A DNA stretch of 64,000 bases from Convolutriloba macropyga (taxonomy: Eukaryota), in contig NC_134478.1 in assembly GCF_964194025.1 (NCBI RefSeq), positions 20,336,001 through 20,400,000 on the forward strand, given 5' to 3'. The notes under the pieces are model-generated. The model was not told where the DNA came from. It did not search any database and was given only the letters and a program-made list of their open reading frames with translations. The translations under genes were made by a program, and so were the position numbers. This document shows, one piece after another, positions 25,529 to 34,975 of this stretch; position 1 is the stretch's first letter, and every line of letters begins with the position of its first letter.

Positions 25529-28500
25529 TTATATATATTTTTAGGAATTTGATTACATTTGTACCGGAGGCGTTATTGACTATTTCTGCTGTGGGATATT
25601 TTGATTATCTTGTACTTGTAATGAAATTACAAGTAAGGAATTACTACACTTGTAATGAAATATTGTTCTATGCCTTTTTCATTAAGTATTAGTCCACCAA
25701 AGTCTATTTGTATTTCGTCATTCGGTTCGACGCATTTTGGTAAAGGTGCCCATTTGCGGTGCGAAACCTTTGATTTAAGATTCTTACTAATTTCTGTGCA
25801 AGCTTTGCACTCACTGGCTTTTGCCAGTATATCCCAATGGATATACGGCCACCAAATGTTCTGCGGAAGTGAAGGCATGGCAAAACTCCCGGGTTGCGTC
25901 GAATGTATATCCTCAAGTACTGCGTCATTTATGGCTTTCGGGGTTGATATTCGATCGTCAAGACAGACACAGCCATGTTTCAAACTAAGATCACGCCAAT
26001 AGGAGAAAAGGTAGGGAATTATTTCTCGAAGTCTGTCGGGGTCATCTCGAATTACGCAGTCTCTCACCTCCTTGAGAATCGCGTCTCTCCCAGTTAGTAT
26101 GGCCAAAAGCTTTCTGCTAAATGTTTTATTTAGCGTTTTGGTGAAGTAGATGTCATCTGCTTCCTCAATCAAACTGCCTGATGGGGTCTCGGTGTTAGAG
26201 GAGGTATGTGTGCCGGGTGTGGAAAGAGTTGTATCAGAGAATGTTACTCTTGCCTTTGTTGGGGTAGATTTTGATCGAGTAGCTTTAGTTTTAGGCATTT
26301 TGTTGATAGGGTTGACTGATTTACTTGTGTGAAGCGATTTGATAGAATTAATCAAAGTTAAGTGAGTTGTGGATCTATTTTGGGAAAAAAGCGAGCGATT
26401 CTTGTGCGAGTGGTATTTATACTTTGGAATTTTGTGTTTTCGCGCTTAATTTAGTAATTTTAGGTGGATTATTTGTCTTAATACCATTAATGAGCTTTAT
26501 TGGGTATAATTGTTCAGAGTGTTCACATTCATTACTGTCTGACATTTCCACCTCTTTTGCAGCAAATTCGTTAATGGAATGTGAACTATTCACTTTACAG
26601 TTATTTAGTACAAATTGTGATTTTCTAACTTTAAGAGGTATTTGCGATGCGAAAGGAGGATTTAAATGCGGATCAACTATTGAATTTGATAGTGTTAATT
26701 GCGACGCGAATTGTACTTTCTTTTGAGAAAGCAGTAATTGTGGTGCAAGTGGTTTAGTACTAATTTTTGAATTAATATTTTGTGGTGTATGCATTTGCGG
26801 TGCAAATGACTGTTCTGAATGAAATGAAGGCGAATGTAACTTTAATATGCTATTAAATTTTTGTAATGTGTTCTGTTTTTTTAATTAGAGGTTTCAATGA
26901 GTTGCGAATTTCAAATTATGTTGTTATTACAAAGTGTTTGTCATATGTAGATATTTTTTAGCTCTTCCGAATGAGTTTGTAGATATGTAGTCTACTAAAC
27001 CCATTTTTGCTCCCGGCATCTGTTTAATTGTGAAGTTGTACGGAAGTAATATATCTATCCATCTAGATAGTCAACTATTGTACGATTTGTTCGATCTGTG
27101 CTCTTTTAGAATGTACAATAGTGCTCGATGGTCCGTTACTAGAAAAAATTGCCAAATAGGTAGTATTTGAAATAGTCAATTGGCCAGACTATTCCCAATA
27201 GATCTAGTTCGTTAACACTGTAGCGTTCTTCTGTTGAGTTGAGAAATCGTGACGCAAATGCTATCGGTTTCCAACCTTCGGATGTAGTTTGCTGTACCCA
27301 ATCCAGAAAGTGAGGCGTCACACTTAACTCGAACATCGAATTTTGGATTGTAATGGCTATTTTCTGTGCTGTTGGCAATTTTTTCTTTGATTAAATTAAA
27401 ATGTTAGGTGTGTTCTTCCGTCCAAACAAATTTTATGGATTTTTTGAGAAGTGGTCAAAGTGGATGGCATAATTGTGCTAAGTGTGGTATAAATTTACCA
27501 ATATAATGTACTGACACGAGAAAGGATCGGAGACGTTTTAGTGTTGTTGGTGGTGGCATTGTTAATATTGCTGTTAATATTGCTAGTTTTGCTTTCTGAC
27601 GGTGATAATCCAGTCTGTGTAAACTTATATCCTAACCTTTGAATTTTCGTTTTTGCAAAATGGCATTTTTGAAGATTTACTCTTAAATTATCTTCGTCTA
27701 ATTTTTTAAGCATTTTGTAACATATGCCAAATGATCTATTTCAGTGCCGGTACTAACGATTATGATGTCGTCTAAGAAGCAATAGTTGTTTTGTAAACCT
27801 ACTAAAGTGTATTCCATTGCTTTCTGAAAATCTTACGGCATATCAGTAAAACCGTAGAATCCAGTTTTGAATCTATAGGTCCGGTGGATTCCCCACAGAT
27901 AATGTTGAAATTACAGTGTTTTGCGGTGTCATGGTGGAGTTTTAATTGACTATATGCATATGTTAGGTCTAACGTGGTGAAATTTGCCTGTTGGCTATTT
28001 TGGGTGTTAGTAAGATGTTGTGATATTGTATCAATTAAAATGTCAATGTTGGGCATTTGATATTTGTTTTTGTGTATTCCTTTATTTAGTACTTTAGAAT
28101 CTAATGCTAGTTTTATAGATTGGAAAGCATCAGAAAGGTCGGCGCGTTCGTCAGAGTAACTAGATAGTTTTTCGATATGACCTTCCCTCTGTAAGCGTTC
28201 TAATTCCGCCGTGACTCTAGGTTGGAGATTTATTGGAACTCGCCGACCTTTCTGATGCTTTGCTGAGAACTTTTGATGAAATTTTGATTTCGCTACATGT
28301 GTCTCTGAAAAACCAATTCTATAACTAAAATGTAGAAATTGCACCGCGATTGTCTCTTTAATGTTACATGTAAAATTATTAATGTCATTGACACATTTAC
28401 CATTTTTTGGTTGTTGTTGCTGTACAACTGCAAGACCGGGGCTTGTGAAGAACTCTCTGACAATGATGATTTTGTGACCGTCTTCGACCACTGTCAGACT

Positions 28501-28799
28501 GGCTTCTCTGTCTATCCAATTATTGTATGCAACCGTTGTCTCAAGATGTCCGAGGACTTTTATCGGCTCATTGGAGAATGTTTTTAGGTCCCTCTTTACC
28601 CTCTTAAGATTCCATTTCGCAGATTGTGTAGTTCGAATTATTTGATTTGCTGATGTTTTCGTTATGAGATTAACAGCTCTTCCAGAGTCAATCATAGCGT
28701 TTGCTTTTATTTCTCCGAATTGTGTTTTGACGTTTAGAGGTTCGAGCTGATTTGCCGAATCATATGAGATTGGCGCCACATAGTCGTCAGAGTCATAAT
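23991..28799 (-). pseudogene. Gypsy pol (protease, RT, RNase H, integrase, C-terminal extension), disrupted
   Basis: Protease AMIDSG (~28690). RT YQMPNID, FTTLDLTYAYSQL and YCFLDDII (~27760-27785). RNase H WKPIAFASRFLN..YSVNEL...TDHRAL. Integrase H..H..WWP..C..C, IQIDFGG, VRLDQARCF and HRAIGLVERLIKTIKR. Confidence 0.93.
25462..25537. repeat. (AT)n microsatellite inside the Gypsy integrase
   Basis: Near-perfect AT run. It produces the YIYIYI start of ORF 25034-25528. Confidence 0.95.
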
Positions 28800-29963
28800 T
28801 CGAATCGTATACTTGCTCGTAGTATAGTTTCCGATAACTAATTATGTAGTTAAGGGATTCCTCGTCGTCACTTTTTTCGGGAGACTTATCAATTTGATTG
28901 ACGTTTGTTTGCGGGGCTTTATGTGTTTGTCCCTGTGATCGTTTTGGCTTTCGACATTTTCTCCTAAAATGGCCAGTTATTCCACAATTATTACTCTTTT
29001 TTCCATTTGCGGGTTAAATCTGTCGATGATTGTGACTCCATCGTAGGCCGCAATTCATACAGATGCTGCTGTATTGGTAGTTTTGGGGCACAGTTGGGTA
29101 TCGCGTGAAATCTCGTTTGGGTTGTTGGGCACTCGCGTTGCAATTGCGTGTCTGGTAATTGTTGACTACATTTACTGAGTTTGTAGTTGACATCAAATTC
29201 TGATTAATCTTTTGCTGATTTTGTGTCCCCATCTCCATCTGGATTGCTATTTCGAGCGCTTTGGATGGTTCAACTGTTTCCTTGAACAACTCCTTTTGGG
29301 TTTCATGATCTATCATGTTTAGTATGAAAGCATCTCGATTTAGGGTAGTTTCCTCACTTCCTAGACTACAGTTTTCTGCTTGTTCTATTAAACGACCATA
29401 GAAACTTTCAACAGATTCACCTTTCTGTTGTTTATAAGAGTAGAAGACAAAGCGTTCGCAAGTTATATTTCTCAATTTTGTAAAGGAGTCCTCCATTGCT
29501 TGCCATAGTTTTTAAATGGCTCTTTTTCTATTTGAAAGTGATGATGTTTGCTATTAATTATACGTCGTCCCTCCGTTCCAAATCTCAAATACAACAAAGA
29601 TATCGATTTTTGCTCACAGATCCCCCAAGGTTTATCTCCGCACAAGATACCGATTTGCTCAATCTTTTTGCAACAAAATTGCCAAATTACCATGAATTGT
29701 TTGTTACGGATTTTTCTATCCCTTTCCGTCGCTTGCGTGTGTTTTTCCACTGGTTCCTCGTAAGTTGGCTCGGGTGGATTTGTTACCGCTGTTGGTGGAT
29801 CGTTTAGAAGGTTATCGAGTCGAATTCCTTCTTTTGCTAGCAACGCTAGCTTCCACTGTTGAGTACACTTATCCCACGTCAATGAAGGGGTGGCAGTAGG
29901 CTTCTCCCAAAATGCATCTACATGAAGAGGCGTCTTCTTTGATTCAGCTGCTGACTGCGCCAT
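28800..29963 (-). pseudogene. Gypsy gag (frameshifted) with two zinc knuckles
   Basis: ORFs 29472-29993 and 29014-29496 (ERFVFYSYKQQKGESVESFYGRL..AENC). Knuckles CMNCG..H...*P and NNCGITGHFRRKC (~29060-28950). Confidence 0.9.
29948..29962 (-). promoter_or_regulatory. Primer-binding site complementary to the 3' end of tRNA-Ser
   Basis: Minus strand TGGCGCAGTCAGCAG. The plus strand ctgctgactgcgcca matches the 3' end of invertebrate tRNA-Ser (..CCTGCTGACTGCG-CCA) as recalled from known sequences. Confidence 0.8.
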
Positions 29964-30448
29964 ATTATACTCGATTGCGACAGATTGATCCAATCGAGTC
30001 GCAAATGCTTATAGTTCAAATCATTCTCGGCAGTTGCGCCACAAATGGCACTTCAATAACTACAATTAGATTTTCTAATTGCCAAGTTGGCTAATCGAAG
30101 TGCGATTGGCGCTATTCTATTTCACTGAGTCCGATTGAAGAGCGAATTACTAGATTTTAATTAGAACTGATTTTCAGCAGTGAAAATTACCGAATGATTA
30201 AATTAAAGTACATTTTAGGAAAAGAAAGTTTTGTTCATAACATAATCACAAGACAGGAAAGAACTGCAAGATGGTATTATAAGCTGAACAGACAGTTTCC
30301 TGCACAGACAGAATGAACAGACAAGAAATGATGAAGATTTGGATGAAATGAAATTAAACTAAATAACACTAGCACTTGCCCTTCAAATGGGTAAAACTGA
30401 ACTGAACACGGTTATGGATATATGATGGTTTATCCATACCGTATGACA
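29963..30448 (-). repeat. 5' LTR of the Gypsy element
   Basis: Begins TGTCATACGG, ends TATAATA, and is immediately followed by the PBS. Confidence 0.95.
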
Positions 30449-31475
30449 AAATATAAGAAAGTGTTGCTATAATCAAACTTAAACGCATGAAACCGTCACA
30501 GGAATCCGTTTTTCAATAGTACGTTTGGTTTTGATCGCAGCAACGTTATGTATTCTGACTCTCTGGCTCATGTTTGAGCTTCGGCTTTTATGTCTGGACC
30601 ACCTGCAACCCAAGTTCTTCTGGCCGAGACCTGTCTTGGATACCGAACTTCAGCCTGAGTAGAGAATGAGTAAAATCTTACCTGTTAGAGGGTAGAGAGA
30701 ACAACCTAAAGTAAATTACTAATATCTTTCTTCTTTAATTTTTAGGCCGAGCACTTAAAACTCTTTGGAGTGGTGAATTACGGTTTTCTTCTCTTTAAAA
30801 CGACGAAATGATCTCAAAAATTTCATCTCTTTCTTTCTCTCTCTTATAAACTAAGAGCCTTCAGAAAGTTACCTTTGTAATATGTATTCATTGAATATTT
30901 ATCTGGATTCAACATAAACATATATGGGCATTGAGTGCAATAGTTTACAGCTTTGAAAAATTAACAACAAATATACATGTATAATTTAGAGGTACGATTG
31001 AAGAAACGTAACTTAAAATGACAAAATGTCTATTAGCTCTATGGCCATCAAAACAATCATTTTAGGACTACCTGGTATGCCTGACAGGATATCACAAGGA
31101 TATAACTCCTTGATATCCAACAATATGGCTAACTTTTTCGCTTACATCAGTTTCTTTTAAAAATTAAATGACCATAAACAGCTACAAATATATGTCATTA
31201 CACCAATTTACGACAGTTTAATTGAGTCCAAAAGTCTTAACAAATAGTAATGAATGATTTTTAGAACTTTCAAATAAAGAAGGATAGACATTTTTTCAAA
31301 TGAACAACTAACACATTGACTTCTTCGAAGTCGTTAATGGAGTTAAGTTTTTGTATTACAGGCATACATGAGCTCCACTCTATGAGTTTTTCCTCCGTTT
31401 CAATATCAGGGGCTCCAAAATTGTTTTCCGATTTGGAAGTTTGCATGACAACATTTGCTCGCTTTTCTCAATTAA

Positions 31476-31493
31476 CTCTCTTTCTCGTTCTCT

Positions 31494-31546
<53 letters not shown>
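31476..31546. repeat. (CT)n microsatellite
   Basis: Imperfect CT run. It gives rise to the spurious ERER/SLSL ORFs. Confidence 0.9.
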
Positions 31547-31639
31547 CAGCTTTTATTCGAACGTGACTTCTGTCAATTATAAGCATTGGTTTGTCTGGAT
31601 CTTTGTTTATCGAACTTCAAAGTTTTGGACTAAACGACG

Positions 31640-32900
31640 TGCAGAGCTAAATCTGTGATAAGGATACATGCATAGTAAGCGCAAGGTCAATGCAACTATG
31701 AATGATACCACTCCCATCAGCAGTGCGTAATTAAACGCCATAGAGCTCTCAAAGTTGTCACCCAAAACGTCATTTGATAGGCGATGTACTTGGCTATTTT
31801 TGCAAAATTTTCCGTTATTCTCCTTGAAGGCATTTTGATCATTTTTTCTTGTATTTGTATAATAAGAGTAGGACTGGCCTGACTTTATTGTTGAATCATG
31901 GAATTTGGTCTATGTCTGGCACTTCAGTCAATAAATATTTGAGAGGGCCAGAAAATTCTACTTGATCTTTAATTAATGGAATCTTCTGACAGCTTCATAG
32001 GTTAGATCTAAATTTCAAATGCCGAGTTGTGTTTTGCTTGCCACATTCTAAAGTGATAAGAGTTATTTGGCAACCTCGCTAATTTCTGATCTTGAGAGCG
32101 TTTGAACAATCCATTCAACTCTCGCATGGTATATGTGTCCGTTGCTGACAATATTAACCAGATTCCTTATCCTAGGTTTTCTGCAGCCTCTATTTTAGGT
32201 GCCTCTTCTGCTGACCCTAAAAAAATTTTCGGTTTGACAAGATAATAACGCATTCATGTTTGTTTCGAAAAAGAGTTCGGCTAAGCATGAAGAGTGTCCC
32301 AATTCCGCTGGAAAAATCTCATGACAAGTTCTGTGCTGGGAAATTCCTAAACAGTTTCCTAGTTGATCTTTGAATAGCCCTGTTTTTTCCATAGAGTACT
32401 CTGATACGGCTAAGTTTGGCCTCTTTTTTCCATCTAATTGCAATTCAAGTGTCCTCTTGTGGCATTTGCGGTACAGTTTTTGCGGCACAAAACTGTGAAG
32501 GTCTCGACAAGATGCGAACGGGATTGCGAGGGTTAAAAATAGTCCTTCCCTAATCGATCCACCAATAGTTTTGCTTTGTAGTAAGACAAGAGATCATCCA
32601 TGCAATTTGCTGGGGTCAATCGGCCAAGAGCATTCATTTGTTCGCGAGCACTTTGTCTAGAATTTTCATTAGGGAATCTCGCGGTACAAAGGACATCTGT
32701 AATCTTTTCTGTAACAATGTTGGTATTGAGTTAAGTAGATAGATTCATGTAATATACTGTAAGTGCAGCTCTATTGTGCTTGTCATCTGAATTTATCATG
32801 TTGCTCAACGATGCCGCAGTGTCAAAATTAAACTTTATTTGCTGGTTTGAAAGAATTCATTGATCACAATACTGGAGCAATCTAATGTTTTTGTTGAAAA
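31640..32900 (-). pseudogene. Decayed env-like type I membrane glycoprotein (putative fusion protein)
   Basis: The minus-strand translation across stops and frameshifts gives a Cys-rich ectodomain (NLAVSEYSMEKTGLFKDQLGNCLGISQHRTCHEIF..GHSSCLAELFF..ALLSCQTE; NLG*GIWLILSA; GCQITLITLECGKQ..FRSNL*SCQKIP). A C-terminal hydrophobic helix YALLMGVVSFIVALTLRLLCMYPYHRF follows (~31730-31650), just upstream of the 3' LTR. Confidence 0.6.
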
Positions 32901-34072
32901 TTTCGAACTGCCCTCTATTTATTCCCCTGTTTTTTTTTGGTTCTCGATAAGTTCATTTTGAATCTGAATAAATGATCTTATTTTTACTATGCTGTAAACT
33001 ATTGTACTCAATGCCCATATATGTTTCTGTTGAATCCGGATATATATTTAGTGAAAACACATATCAAAAGTAACTTACTGAAAGCTATTAATAAGAGAGA
33101 GAGAGAGAGAGAAAATAAAGACTTGAGAACAGTTGTTTGTTTTTAAGAGAAGAAAACCGTGATCCCACTCTGTCACCAATTAATATTTTTCTTCTCTAAT
33201 TTTTAGACTGAACTCTTAAGGCTCTTCGGAGTGTTGGATCACAGTTTTCTTCTCTTAAAAACTAACAACGTTTCTCAGGACCTTATTCTCTCTCTATCTC
33301 TCTCTCTCACACTCTCTTATTATTAATATCTTTCAGTAAGTTACTTTTGTTATTTGTATTCAATAAATATTTAACCGGATTCAACCGAAAAATATATTGA
33401 GCACAACAGAAATATATATTCAACAGAAATATATATTGGGTATTGAGCACAATAGTTTACAGCAGAACGAATTTAACAACAAGTAAACCTGTATAGTTCA
33501 AATGTACTGCTTAAAAAACGTAACTTAAAACAACAAAATATTTTTAGCTCTATGGCCATCAAAACAATCCTTTTTAGTACTACCTGATATTCAAGGATAT
33601 CACAAAATTGTGCATAAGTTATGCTTGACGCTACTTGACGAGAAGCTCTTCTTTTTCAACGTATACTTGGCTAGAGTGTTGAATCCTCGAAGGAAGAAGA
33701 AGACAGAAGACTAGACTGAGTTAAAAAAGATGCCCAAATTCGAGATGTGAAGACGTGGTGCTGTAATAGTTAGCACACAAGGATTGCGAGTAAAAAATTA
33801 TCAAATCCTCTACTTCTCCAATTTCATGTTACGCCTGATTAGACCCCCCTACATTAGCAACTGTTCGGGTACATTAACTCAATACTATCTTCCAAACATA
33901 GGGCAACTAAGATGAACTGGACCGATAATTGACAACTGAAGATGAAACTTACCTACTCCTAATCATACCAACAATTCTTTAGAATTGGAAAAATATATCG
34001 GCCGGGCTGTTTTTGTTCCTCAGTAACGTCCACAACACCTTTTTTTATTTTTTCGGAAGTTAAGAGGGGTAC

Positions 34073-34975
34073 CATTCCAGGTTGAATTTTTCTGCCCAAA
34101 ATGACGTAAGAAGGAGGCTGCAATGGGAGGATTTTTTAGGAAAATGCAGCTCAAAACTCTTACATTTTTTTGGGCTGCATTGGGCTTCAAACAGGGGTAA
34201 AATGATGTAAGAGTGAGGGGGTAATGGAGAAATTACCCCCGAACTCTTACATCGTTTTATCTCCCTTGACAGACCAAAAAGATGTAAGAGTGGGGGGTTA
34301 ATTTGTCTTTTACCCCATCACTCTTACCCCATTTTACCCCCCTTGAACGCCAATGAAGCCCAAAAAGATGCAAGAGTTTTGAGCTGTATTTTCCTAAAAA
34401 ATCCTCTCATTGCAGCCCCACTCTTACATCATTTTACCCCCTCAATCTTACGTTGTTTAAACGCCCATACCTGAAGACTGCCAGCCCTGGACCCAGAACC
34501 TCTGTACCATGAGCTGCGTCGCCTTAACCTCCAGACCATCAATGCTTGTTCAACTCTTGATAGTCTATATATTCGAATAATACTTGTTAGAATTGCCCCC
34601 TCTCAACAAATTACCCCCACACTCTTACATCAATTTACCCCCTTAGAACAAATTACCCCCTCACTCTTACACCATTTTACCCTCCTTTGCAGCTCAACTC
34701 TAGCTCATTTTAACCCCCTCTGGACAAATTACCCCCTCACTCTTACACCATTTTACCCTCCTTTGCAGCTCAACTCTAGCTCATTTTAACCCCCTCTGGA
34801 CAAATTACCCCTTCACTCTTACACCATTTTACCCCCCTTGGCAGCCCAGCTCTTACATCATTTTACAACCTCTGAACAAATTACCCCTTCACTCTTACAC
34901 CGTTTTACCCCCCTGGCAGCCCCCCCTCTGACAACAAAATGGCAGGATTTTAGGGAGGACATTCGACCCGGGATG
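34073..34975. mobile_element. Non-autonomous TIR/foldback-type DNA element with internal palindrome and minisatellite
   Basis: Imperfect ~30-bp TIRs (cattccaggttgaatttttctgcccaaaat / attttagggaggacattcgacccgggatg). ~340-bp imperfect palindrome at 34098-34435. 76-bp tandem units at 34648, 34724 and 34800, all built on the motif ctcttacatcattttacccc. Confidence 0.7.

Larger units (their letters stand above)
23379..30448 (-). mobile_element. Full-length (7070 bp) Ty3/Gypsy LTR retrotransposon, coding region disrupted
   Basis: LTRs at 29963-30448 and 23379-23858 (TGTCA...ATAACA; ~18 differences in 298 aligned bp by eye). 5-bp TSD AAATA (23374-23378 and 30449-30453). PBS at 29948-29962. PPT aacagggggaaa (23859-23870). 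Domain order gag-PR-RT-RH-IN. Confidence 0.95.
30714..33604 (-). mobile_element. Errantivirus-like LTR element remnant: 5' LTR - PBS - inverted LTR fragment - env-like remnant - 3' LTR, with no gag/pol
   Basis: Diverged direct repeats at 30714-31107 and ~33178-33604. The 3' LTR reads AGTTA...TAATT on the minus strand. PBS TGGTGACAGAGTGGGAT (33178-33162, tRNA-Leu-like) overlaps the LTR end. 32991-33170 is the reverse complement of LTR sequence. Confidence 0.75.

Noticed and set aside
30031-30041. TGGCGCAACTG as the Gypsy PBS, implying a tandem element at 23379-23450
   Set aside because: The direct repeat continues to 29963/23379, where ..ACA ends, a 15-nt tRNA-Ser match and the AAATA TSD define the true boundaries.
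31316-31586. ERER/SLSL-rich ORFs
   Set aside because: They are translations of a (CT)n microsatellite.
30714-33604. Penelope-like or DIRS element (direct plus inverted terminal repeats)
   Set aside because: No RT, GIY-YIG or tyrosine-recombinase motifs. The PBS, AGTTA/TAATT termini and TM-bearing ORF favour an LTR/env element.
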